From Squalus acanthias (Eukaryota): a DNA stretch of 64,000 nucleotides. Below, in pieces: positions 52,931-64,000 of the stretch; the first letter of the stretch is position 1; the number at the start of each line of letters is the position of its first letter. Location: NCBI GenBank assembly GCA_030390025.1, contig CM059436.1:39308001-39372000 (forward strand). Direction: 5' to 3'. The position numbers and the translations under genes are program-made. Below the pieces are notes generated by a model, which was given only the letters and a program-made list of their open reading frames with translations, was not told where the DNA came from and searched no databases.

Positions 52931-53495
52931 GGCCAAGAAATTTGACTTGCGCCTAAAACGGGCATAGAGTTTATGCTTCTCCTGAGCCCTCAAAAGTAGA
53001 AACTGAAAAATTTCTGGGCAAGCTCCGCCCATTTGCACTTGAATTTTGTTTGTAGGACCCCAATTTGCATATTTAAGGAAGCTATCGCCTGTTTCAGGCA
53101 GACACTCAGGACGACTAAAAATTGCCCAAGCCAACATGGAGTCTGCCGCAATTCTGGCATAGCTTGGGCATGGCAGATTGCGATGTGAAATTCAGAGGTC
53201 TAACGATATTTTATGCTAGTGGAGGGTGTGAGTTGAATTTCTCAGTTTAAAATCTGATCGACCAATTGGGAAATATATTGCTGCAGTGCTAGTACCCATA
53301 TTTAGCCACTAGAGGCTGCTAGATCATTTTTATGTCACTCACTAGTCAGTGACTTAAATGGAGTACTGGCCGCAGCTCGCTGATAAAATTCAAATGCGGC
53401 CCGAACCTGAAAATGGATTGGGCTCCTGGCTGTGGCCTTGGGCTGTTCCATGGTTGCACCGCCATCTTTGCGCCATCTCCAGACCAATTGATCCA
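52931..53495. mobile_element. Decayed MITE-like GC-rich element
   Basis: GGCCAAGAAATTTG..CGCCTAAAACGGGC start, TTTGCATATTTAA core and GCCATCTTTGCGCC end, motifs typical of this MITE class. Confidence 0.5.
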
Positions 53496-53559
53496 CATTA
53501 TATTCCTTTTATTTAGTGCAGTACCTTATTCTTTCCATATTTTTCCTTTTCCTTCCCTC

Positions 53560-53885
53560 TCCCCCACCGTGGGGCACAGGTATCTGGTAGGCCACATTTC
53601 CATGGGAACTGTCATCCTCCAGTACCTTGCTCAAGTGGCCATTCTTCGTGTGTGAGCCTTGGACGGTGAATGCTGGTGGGCTATTCAACTGCAGGAGGCA
53701 TCATAACCAAGCCAAATCCTGACCTTGCCCGGCACCCACACATACACTTCTGGGATGAGTTACTGAATTGCAAGCAGAAGTGGGTCCCCTGGTTGGCCAG
53801 TGTTACTATTCGCCTCTCTAGCTTTGGAGGACTGAGACCAATTGTACTGCCACAGCTGCTGCCCTGGCAGAGGGCAGAACCTTTT
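53560..53885 (-). mobile_element. Old tRNA-derived SINE (AmnSINE2-like), copy 3
   Basis: CTCCAGTACCTTGCTCAAGTGGCCATTCTTCGTGTGTGAGCCTTGGACGGTGAATG..GGCTATTC..GGCATCATAACCAAGCCAAATCCTGACCT matches the reverse complement of 27410-27530. Confidence 0.7.
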
Positions 53886-54229
53886 TAACCTTTTAGACAA
53901 CTAGTGCAAATAGTTTAGGGAGTTATAATCCAAGCGTTAACTGAAAAATGTATAATGATGTATGCAGATTTTCTACCAGGAATCACTAGATTTCTGAATA
54001 GAGTTTTGAATATTCATGTGTGGGTTGAAATGAAGAGTATTGCTTGTAAAGCAGTTCTCTGTGTGAGCTGATCAAATAAAAAAATGTTAGCTTAAGTGCT
54101 GGGCTCAAACATTCCTCAAGAACAATCTGCAGCATATCTGTCTTACCATATTGATACTGCACAATTTAACACTAGGCATGCAGCGCAATATATCTTAGGA
54201 GTGTAACACACACTTTAGCCAATGGATAG

Positions 54230-54392
54230 AAAAACTGAAAATGCTTGAAATACACAGGAAGACCATCAGCATCTGAAAGAGAAAAGATAGATTCTTGTTT
54301 CTGCAAAGGGACTCCATCCGCCAGATGAACTCACCTTTTCTCTTTCAGATACTGGCAGAGCTGCTATTTGCTTACAGCATTTTCCATTTTAA
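54230..54392. mobile_element. Palindromic relic made of two inverted Penelope-type terminal repeats
   Basis: GAAAATGCTTGAAATACACAGG..CAGCATCTGAAAGAGAAAAG versus CTTTTCTCTTTCAGATACTG..CAGCATTTTC; the arm resembles 31195-31255. Confidence 0.65.
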
Positions 54393-55627
54393 TTTAATAT
54401 TGCCACCATTTCTGGTTTTACTTTTTACCTTGACAACCAACAGTTACCATCAGTCCACGAACGAGAGTATTTTAACCCTAGGGCCACAGAAAGGAAGGGG
54501 GGGGGGAGGTGAGTCTCATCAAATTGATTCCCTTTTTGTGTACATCCTATCAGAATCTCAATTAGTTGTCATGATATGGAAATAAAATCAGCTCATCCTC
54601 TATGAAGGGTTATGGTGTCTTATTGCCATGCAGACCAGCTGTTAAAGGAATGGTTCTTGATTGGCTTCTCCCCTAGGTTTGTTCACGTCAAGCCTATTAA
54701 GATCAATTCAGATGAAAAGCCCTGCTGCGGTCAGTGCAGCATTCTGCATATTTTGTGACACCAGGTAGCCCCACATCACTAACTACAGCTCCCATGATGT
54801 GCTGTAATTCCCCACATGTTCAGCAACCTACACCTAGCCCCTTCTGAAGGCATCACCATGCAGCCTTCAATTCTGAAGTGCATTATAATAGTCCCCGGTC
54901 AGCAGAAAAGTCCATCTGTTTTGGAAAAATAGGAAGATGTTAGGCTTTACTGATAGATGGGTTAAATCAACTGATTTAACTGATTTCCCTCCAGAGGTGA
55001 TATTTTATTTATATGATAAAATGCTTGGAAAGTGATTAATTTGTCAAGGGAATGTCTTGTTACTGTAAATTTACTGAAACTGTAATAAGTGTATTGCTGC
55101 TACACAGATGGGGGAACGAAGAGGCAATGACTAATGAAGAGATGGAGATTCACAAAATGTTTTATCACGAGTTATTTAATTTAAAAAAAATACATTTTGG
55201 TTTTAATTCAGATAAGTATAGAATTAGGTATTAGCATTTTTAGCAAGGCCTTCAAAATATAGCATTCACTGCCTGTTTTGTCAAGTAGATTAAGTTAATT
55301 CTACTGTCATTTGTAAAAGCTTCATTTAGCCACACACGAGAAGGATTGGCCATGCAAAATTGCTTCTAACCCTTTGCATTAGACATCTTGTACACAGTTG
55401 GTGGTGGGGGGGAAGGGAGTGTGCTGTGGGGTTACACATGGGTTAAGAAATAAATATAACAAATTTTTGTCAAAAAGATTTTTTTTTCAATGATCCGTAA
55501 CAACATTTGGAGGAAGAGGAATATAATTTTATTTGTATACTATGTTATTCTATTACATAACCAAGACATAGCACATTCTACCAAAGCTTCTCCTAGAAAG
55601 GATGAGCAATTGTGCATTTTTTAAGAG

Positions 55628-56078
55628 AAAGAAAGACTTACATTTATATAGCGCCTTTCACGACCACCGGACATCTCAAATGAAGTACTTTTGGAGTGTG
55701 GTCACTGTTGTAATGTGGAAAATGCAGCAGCCAATTTGCGCACAGCAAGCTCCCACAAACAGCAATGTGATAGCGACCAGATAATCTGTTTTTTGTTATG
55801 TTGATTGAGGGATGAATATTGGCCAGGACACCGGAGATAGCTCCCCTGCTCTTCTTCGAAATAGTGCCATGGGATCTTTTACATCCACCTGAGAGAGCAG
55901 ACGGGACCTCGGTTTAACGTCTCATCTGAAAGACGGCACCTCCGACAGTGCATCACTCCCTCAGCACTGCACTGGAGTGTCAGCCTAGATTTATGTGCTC
56001 AAGTCCCTGGAGTGGGACTTGAACCCACAACCTTCTGACTCAAAGGGAGTGTGCTACCCACTGAACCACAGCTAACAC
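55628..56078 (-). mobile_element. SacSINE1-type DeuSINE, essentially full length
   Basis: Antisense tRNA head (GGGACTTGAACCCAC..CTACCCACTGAACCAC), Deu domain GCCATGGGATCTTTTACATCCACCTGAGAG..CCTCGGTTTAACGTCTCATCTGAAAGACGGCACCTCCGACAGTGCA, L2-like tail TTATATAGCGCCTTT. Confidence 0.9.
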
Positions 56079-56139
56079 TGTATAAACTGTAAACTAATAA
56101 GAGAGTATAAACTGAAGATCAGGATTGTTAATAAAGAAA

Positions 56140-56270
56140 AGAAACAACTAGCACCTTTCACATCCTAAGGACCAAAGCACTTCATAGTCAATTAATTATA
56201 TTTTTAAGTGTAGTCACTGTTGTAATGTTGGCAAACATGGCAACCAATTTGCCCACAATGAGATAAATAA
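56140..56270 (-). mobile_element. Older SacSINE1-like tail fragment
   Basis: TAGCACCTTTCAC..AAAGCACTTCATAGTCAAT..AAGTGTAGTCACTGTTGTAATGT..CCAATTTGCCCACA parallels 55648-55745. Confidence 0.7.
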
Positions 56271-58254
56271 CCTGTTAGTAACCTGATACTACCAGAAAGA
56301 TCAGAAAACTTTTGTTTATAAACTTTTCTAAAATTTCTATTTATTAAAAACCATCAATAAAAAGTGACTGACTGACTGAACCACTTCTGTTCTCCACCAG
56401 GCTTCTGTTTTCCATCTGTCTCAACTCGGCATCTCCAACTGCATTAGGTCACCCTTCCTGCCTCCTTTTGCCATTTCCCTGTTGGCATGTTAAAAAAAAA
56501 TAAACTTACCATCCGATGTGCCATCCTACCTGACCCTGGGCAAGTACAAAGACTTACAGGACCAAAATAATTAAGGCTGTATAACCAAAGTAACATTAAT
56601 AAAGTATGTAACAAAATTGAGAAAAGGACCTTAATATGTGGGGTGAGGATAGAAAGAATAGTCCACTATAAATGTGTAGACATGATTTAAATAGGCTGCA
56701 ATCTAACACTAATCTATTAAACTCACCATGAAAAATTTAGTTTGGATCTTAAAAATGCAATGCAATTACAGGAGTCATATTTCACACTGCTTAAATTGAT
56801 ATGTATTAAAGTAAAAATCTAAAGTAGCTTGATAAGCTGACTGCTTTTTTATACACTTCACCTACTACAAGGTTAAAGAGTTGCAGAATGTTGGTGTAAT
56901 TTTAAGCTGAGGTCTATTTGAATGTTATAGAATTTATATTTACAGATAGTGCTGGAACTAAGGAAGAAATAAAAAGAATCAAACTCTGTAGCAAGTAATA
57001 GTGATCAAATTGTGAACTGGGATACAGTAAAACTTTGTATGTGGTGGGAAATATCCATTGTCCCACTTGATTTACAATAAAACCTAAACAGAACACCTGA
57101 ACATCTCCTGTTAAAGTGAAACTACTACCCACTGAGTGCTGATTTCCACTGTTTAATCTATATAAGCAGTGGTATGTAATTGGAAATCTAGATCATGCAT
57201 CTTATGCATCTTAATCATTTTAAAAACATACATTTGTGTTCAACTCCAGAAAACCGTCTCACAGTTACAATCGCTTTTACAAAGTACGTTGTAAAATTTC
57301 AGCTCAGTCTGACAACCTGAAGTAGCACCTTCTGTGGGTTACAAAATCTTTGAATCAATGTGGCTGGTGTTGTAATTTCAAAATGAGTGGCTGTTTATGA
57401 CACCTGAACCTGAACTTGTTTCTTTTTCCCTTTTGTCAAATGGTCAATCTGTAGCACTCGCTCAGTTAGCTCTGTGTGGAAGGAAACACCTGAATATAAA
57501 CCCTACTTATATAACCACTGGATATGGGCTACATGGATGGAACCCCAGCCAAATTGCACACTCCATCTTGTACTGGCATGAAAGCTACACTCTTTTTTAT
57601 ACACACACAACACGCACATTTTTAGAAGTAGCTTCTTTCTCTGTTGTCTAAAGGGAAGAAAGTTCATGAAAGCATCTGTTTTAATGATTAACTTGTATTT
57701 TAGCTTTCCATATAGCTGTTGTTTCAAGTATGCTTTCATCTTCACCAACTTATGGCAGCCTAGAGACTGGGGGTTGATGTGCCGCATTTAGAATTTACAC
57801 TTTAAGCAGGGCCACTTCATTGAGATAAAGATCAGGAGTGGACCTTCCGAAACTGAATTGGACAGCAAGATTCTTTATAAACCTAAGTACAGTAATAGCA
57901 ACATTTCGCTGTGACAACCTTGATGGCACTTGGAAAAAAAACCATTGCATGTTGCTGCAGAAATGTAATCAATTCTAATTTTGTACCAAAATTTAAGATG
58001 TTGCCCGTTGCTTCTATGCATTAGTTAACAGTGGGGCCTAGCTTATATTTTTAGTGACTGGACTGACCTGTGCTTGCAGCAGGTAATTTAGTACAAACAT
58101 AGTTCAGTGCCATTAGAATTAAAGTTGCTGCTCATGATGCCACAACACCCAGCCATCTTGGAAGATACGTGTTTAGAGACATTTTGTTTGTTTGTTTCCT
58201 ACCAGTACCTTTATAACTAGTATTTTAATGTTTGTCATCAGTGAGGATATGTTT

Positions 58255-59914
58255 TTTTTATTCGTTCATGGGATGTGGGCATTGCTGGCAAGGCCAGCAT
58301 TTATTGCCCATCCCTAATTGACCTGGAGAAGGTGGTGGTGATCCGCCTTCTTGAACCGCTGCAGTCCGTGTGGTGAAGGTACTCCCACAGTGCTGTTAGT
58401 GAGGGAGTTCCAGGAATTTGACCCAGCGACGATGAAGGAACAGCGATATACTTCCAAGTCAGGATGGTGTGTGACTTGGAGGGAAACTTGGAGGTGGTGT
58501 TCCCATGCGCCTGCTGCCCATGTCCTTCTAGGTGGTAGAGGTCACGGGTTTGGGAGGTGCTGCCGAAGAAGCTGCTGCAGTGCATCTTGTAGATGGTACA
58601 CACTGCAGCCATGGTATGCCGGTAGTGGAGGGAGTGAATGTTTAAGGTGGTGGATGGGGTGCCAATCAAGCGGGCTGCTTTGTCCTGGATGGTGTCGAGC
58701 TTCTTGAGTGTTGTTGGAACTGCACTCATCCAGGCAAGTGGAGAGTATTCCATCACATTCCTGACTTGTGCCTTGTAGATGGTGGAAAGGCTTTGGGGAG
58801 TCAGGAGGTGAGACACTCGCCACAGAATCCCTAGCCTCTGACCTGCTCTTGTTGCCACAGTATTTATGTGGCTGGTCCAGTTAAGTTTCTGGTCAATGGG
58901 ATTTGGCGATGGTAATGCCGTTGAATGTCATGGGGCGGTGGTTAGGCTCTCGCTTGTTGGAGATAGTCATTGCCTGGCACTTGTGTGGCGCAAATGTTAC
59001 CATTTATCAGCCCAAGCCTGAATGTCGTGCAGGTCTTGTTGCATGCGGGCATGAACTGATTCATTATCTGAGGAGTTGCGAATGGCACTGAACACTGTGC
59101 AGTCATCAGCGAACATCCCCATTTCTGACCTTATGTTGGAGGGAAGGTCATTGATGAAGCAGCTGAAGATGGTTGAGCCTAGGACACTGCCCTGAGGAAC
59201 TCCTGCAGTGATGTCCTGGGGCTGTGATGATTGACCTCCTTTGTGCTAGGTATGACTCCAGCCAGTGGAGAGTTTTCCCCCTGATTCCCATTGACTTCAG
59301 TTTTACTAGGGCTCCATGATGCCACACTCGGTCAAATGGTGCCTTGATGTCAAGGGCAGTCATTCTTACCTCACCTCTGGAATTCAGCTCCTTTGTCCAT
59401 GTTTGAACCAAGGCAGTAATGAGGTCTGGAGCCGAGTGGTCCTGGCAGAGCCCAAACTGGGCATCAATGAGCAGGTTATTGGTGATTAAGTGCCGCTTGA
59501 TAGCACTGTCGACGACATCTTCCATCACTTTGCTGATGATTGAGAGTTGACTGATGGGGCGGTAATTGGCCAGATTGGATTTGTCCTGCTTTTTTGTGGA
59601 CAGGACATATCTGAGCAGTTTTTCACATTGTTGGGTAGATGCTAGTGTTGTAGCTGTACTGGAACAGCTTGGCTAGAGGCGCGGCTAGTTCCGGAGCACA
59701 AGTCTTCAGCACGACAACCGGGATGTTGTCGGGGCCCATAGCCTTTGCTGTATCCAGTGCGCTCAGCCGTTTCTTGATATCACGTGGAGTGAATCGAATT
59801 GGCTGAAGACTGGCTTCTGTGATGATGGGGGCCTCAGGAGGAGGCCAATATGGATCATCCACTCGGCACTTCTGGCTGAAGATGGTTGCAAACGCTTCAG
59901 CCTTGTCTTTTGCA
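58255..59914 (-). mobile_element. CR1-group (Zenon-like) LINE, 5'-truncated, frameshifted RT
   Basis: KAMGPDNIP..LKTCAPELAAPLAKLF (59623-59862), QFGL..HSAPDL..LDIKAPFDRVWH..LVKL..WLESYL (59148-59528), FADD near 59100-59115, IYKAQVRNVMEYSPLAW..LDTIQDKAARLI (58301-58858). Confidence 0.92.
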
Positions 59915-62900
59915 AGGCTGTTATGATCAATGCATTAAGTCATTCACTTTTATATAAGTCCTAAATGATTTATGTGTGCAAAAAACCCTTTTACATTAAA
60001 CTAGCACACTTTATTTGTCAATCAAATATATAAAAAATCCCTGTCTTGCCTGTGCTGCAAGAAGGAAGCCATTTCTTCCTGTGCTTTGTCACTTCATTTC
60101 AATAGCATAGAGGGCACAATATATAAGATAGGAAGTTAGAGCACTAATGCCAAGTGAGTGGCTCAATTCGCAGTGAACTGAAACTGATGCAAAATGGTAT
60201 ACAATCAGGGCTAGTGTTAAAGGCTGTGTGCATTATATTTTATGTATATATGTACATTATGTATTTTCATCATGGCTTACAGTGAAATACTCTTATAAAA
60301 GTACATTATCAATTACTCAAAGCTGAACTGATTCATGCTGTAAGTAATGCAATGGTTCTGCCACTTATAGGGCTGAAATTTTAGATCTTCTGTGGTAGAA
60401 TTTAAACAGTTTTATTTAGGAATCTTCTCAAAATTAGTCACTGAATTAGAATTTGAGCATTGCACTTTAAAAAAAAAAGTAAATAAACAATAACTCAAAT
60501 TTGCTTTTGTGCCGTTTGTTCTAGCAGATGGCCTTCTTCAGATTTAAGGTGCTTTACAGATGGGAGTCGCAGCAGCCTGCTCTGCCACAGCTACCTCTGT
60601 AGGTTGATAGATGGGTATAAATCTCAACAATCATTTCTTGACAACCAATTTATAGAATCTGATCTGGTTAAAGACATGTCTTTCATACTCGAGCCACAGG
60701 AAATAGGCTTTTTTTTTTACAGTCTTGTGATATTTCATCAGGATGCCCCTCTTAATGAAATCGGCTTTAATTACACTTTTGTTCCATCTCGCTGTGACGC
60801 CCTTTAAATGTACATGTGTGAACAGACCCCAGTTTTTTCCCCCCCCCTACCTGAATTCATTAGGAGCCCTGATGGTTCTCAGTCTGACTGACATCTTTAT
60901 TACTAAATCCAAGTGTATAAAATCACCTTGTCACAGTGTCATCACAAAAAAAAAGGCGAAGGTGGTTACCGTGGAGTATCTGAAACGGGACCTGGGACAA
61001 TCAGTGTGTAAAGTCAGTCTCTTAATGGCAGTAAAATCAAATGTGCCAACAACTCCACGACTCCCCGCTGCTAGCTGACAGCATGGTGCAAGACGCTAGG
61101 GCTAAACATTCAGTTAAACAGTGATTGTGATGAAATGCCACTCTGTGCTTAGCACAAGAACTGAACAGGTGTAGAGCGCGGTTTTTTTGCAGACTGCAGG
61201 AGTATCACAGTGAAAACACATCCTGTGCATTTTATTTTCGAGGTAAGTGGAAGTCGAGTGTAAATTAAACTCTGCACCAGGCTGTGCAGTAAGTCATGTG
61301 CACATTTATTAAAATCTACTGCACGACTGCAGTCAATTTTAGGGACAAACATATTTTTTCAAAATTTGCAAGCAAAGATTTACTTGAATTGAATGGGAAT
61401 GTATTTCGTGGGGAAATTCTTTTTTTTCGGGGCCATTTTCCCAGGCACCAATTGATTCCCAGTGTATCTAAAACACTGGGTGATCTCTGTTTAATGAGGA
61501 CAACTGGATATATGGAAACAATTCATTTTTATTAGAGTATCCCCTTGAATAGATTTCAACCCTGTTGCAACTCCTATGTTCTTACAGATTTTAGCACAAA
61601 AAACAAATGGCAGAGGAAATGATGTTCAAGTATCGGTACCAATGTAAAGGTATATTTTCCTGGGATTTTTTTGCTGACATAGATTGGAAGGTTAATGGCT
61701 GTGTTTCTAAATAAGCCTAGTCTCATGGCAGGATTTTGTTGAAGATGCTACTGTTGAACGTGGCTCTTACAGCCTGCCTTCTCATAAGTTATTTTCCCTT
61801 TTCTTTGCGTTTAACTCTTTATCTCCCTCCATCCTCTTTTTTCTTATAATCTACACACTTTTAAGACCCAAGCTTGGTGCTAACTAATCACTGATTCACC
61901 AAGCCGTCTCTTCTACTCTCTTCAGCCTTGGTCATGCCACAAAACCAGGAAGATGTTCCAAAACTGGAAAACAGCAAGAAAACCAACCCTCTTATGGATT
62001 CCCAATTGTGAAAGTGATAGTAGTAAATCTAGATGGTAGGTGTCTGCTTTTGAATCATCAGTGACACACAGGACAACAGGACACACTCCTATGAGGGTGC
62101 AGGCATATGGAGCAACTTCATTAGTAACCAATATTGTTGAAAGCTTTTTTATTTGCATTTCTTCATGTGGTTGCAGAACTGAAGAGAAAAGAAAGTCTTT
62201 GAACAGTTATTTCCTGCACACGGTTCTTTCTCTTAAATGATTTGGAAAAACTCAGTAGGAAGGTTAGATTTACTTCAGCTGGGCCCCTCTCTACTCCCTG
62301 CTGTGATTCTGAAATCATGACCAATGTTCTTTAATATCAAAAGGTTAGATTCCATTTTCATCAAGTTCGGGAAAAGAAAAATAAGCTGAGAGATTACTGC
62401 TGTACGAAAGGCAAATAACGCGATAAATGAATGCACAGGAAAAGTGAAATTATACTGTTTTCTTCATATGCAGTAAATACTTGGCTGACTCTCCACCACC
62501 TTTTTAAAAAGAAAGTAAAATGAAGTTGCATTTATAGAAATTGTGATGCTTCTAGTTTATGTAATTGAACATGACTACACTCTACAAACTGGCAGGTATA
62601 ATAGATAAAGACTTGTGAACTTTATTGTAAGTGATGGGTAACACGTCGACCATTTGATATCTTTCGATCAACTGAAGGATGTTGCATAATTGAGATACAG
62701 CAAAAATGGAGTAGGAGGGACACTTAGTGAGAAAGGAAAAGAGATAAATGTATCCGGATTCATCAAATTCTATAAACAATGGCATTTTACAACAGTCACT
62801 TAATCTAATCGGGCTGGTTTACATTTGTTTTTGTGAGGAGGTGGAATAGAAATGTTGTAAGCTATGTTTCTATTTGATATTCTTTATAGTCTGCTCCATT

Positions 62901-64000
62901 AAAGTTTGTGCTGCAGTATCACAAGCTTTTTATACAGTAACACATTAGTATGGATAATACTTGTTTGTGTCACTGGGCTGTTTGACTGTGTTTAATCAGA
63001 AGTGAAATTAACACCACAGCCATGATACCAGTTAGGAGTCCAACATTACAAAATGTTTTAAGAATTGATCTTCTCTGGCATGCTGCAGAACTTGACAGCA
63101 AATATACGGACTGCTGTAGAGGACTAATCTTACAGAGTATTAGGGCAAAATATCTGCATAAAAGAACTTAAAGACTCTTTGTACTATTTTTAATGAAATT
63201 TGAAAAGAAATAAAATTAAACTAGAAATCTGAAAATGGATTGAAGAAAGATGATGATTATTGCCACATAATTGCATCCATTCCCGATGCACAGAATATAC
63301 ATCATAGATCTCCAACTGGCACACACCAAGATTGGAGAATTCTTGTCTTATCCTTTTTGCAAGATTCCTTCAGTCTGCACTTGACCCTTTTTAATTTATC
63401 CCTTTCAGACAATGTGTTCAGCTCCATTAGAGCAAATGTAGTTTGCTTTATTGTTGTATTTCAATAGCCACTGTCTTGCCAGGAGAGTAAAGGACTGCAG
63501 TATGCTATTAAGAGGATTGCGTGACATTATGTCAAACTCTGATGAGTAGTTGCAGTGTGAAGCTCCTAGTTTTTCTCTTACTTCTTCTTGCTGTAATATC
63601 TGTAGTTTGCCAATTTTAACTCTCTGAATTCCAACAGATCCCTTGCTCCCTTGTTTATTAATAGAATATTCTATTTTCTGCCCTTCATTGTAGTAATTCA
63701 CAATCTATGTGGAGGTAATTTTTAAAATTTATATACACAATTTAAAAAGCAAATAAGTAAATTTCTAGAACAGCACATATTCCTTTTTGTTCCCCATTCT
63801 CACCGTCTGACACTCATATCGTCTACACTCAGGATTTTAATCCTTACCTATAGAAATCTCAGATACAGCTGTAAAATGCTGTTGTTTCCAAAGTAAAAAG
63901 CGTTCTCTCCTCACCACTACGCCTTAATGCAATGATGATATGTTTGCTCCAGCAGTTGACAAGCCATTGTATCATTTAGATTCCATAATGACACCTTGTC

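Noticed and set aside
53304-53319. CTCF-like GCCACTAGAGGCTGC
   Set aside because: Mismatches in the core and lies inside a decayed MITE; not supportable without ChIP data
55990-56078. tRNA-like A and B boxes on the minus strand
   Set aside because: SINE head, not a complete cloverleaf tRNA gene
60500-60810. NAGNAG acceptor followed by ATG and an open frame
   Set aside because: No good donor and no recognisable protein
1-64000. CRISPR arrays, prokaryotic operons, known miRNA/snoRNA genes, endogenous viral ORFs
   Set aside because: No regularly spaced repeats, no long non-TE ORFs and no mature RNA sequence that I recognise; a covariance-model search would be needed to exclude small RNAs fully

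Overview
AT-rich vertebrate non-coding DNA, very probably from a cartilaginous fish (shark-type CR1, L2 and Penelope elements, a SacSINE1/DeuSINE-type SINE, GC-rich G-run-ended MITEs). I recognise no host protein-coding exon, rRNA, tRNA gene or CRISPR array. Every ORF with recognisable protein similarity is a retroelement remnant. The window looks like a large intron (probably of a + strand gene) or a gene desert, with several non-repetitive blocks that resemble conserved non-coding enhancers. The main structure is a nested transposon cluster at 29110-32945: a PIF/Harbinger-like MITE is split by a CR1 LINE, which is itself split by a young Penelope element (13-bp TSD, 312 open codons, intact minimal hammerhead ribozyme motif) and by a second MITE carrying a mini-intron. 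There are also several old SINE copies resembling LF-SINE and AmnSINE2. Family names come from my recollection of consensus sequences, not from a database search. I see no convincing new multi-gene system.
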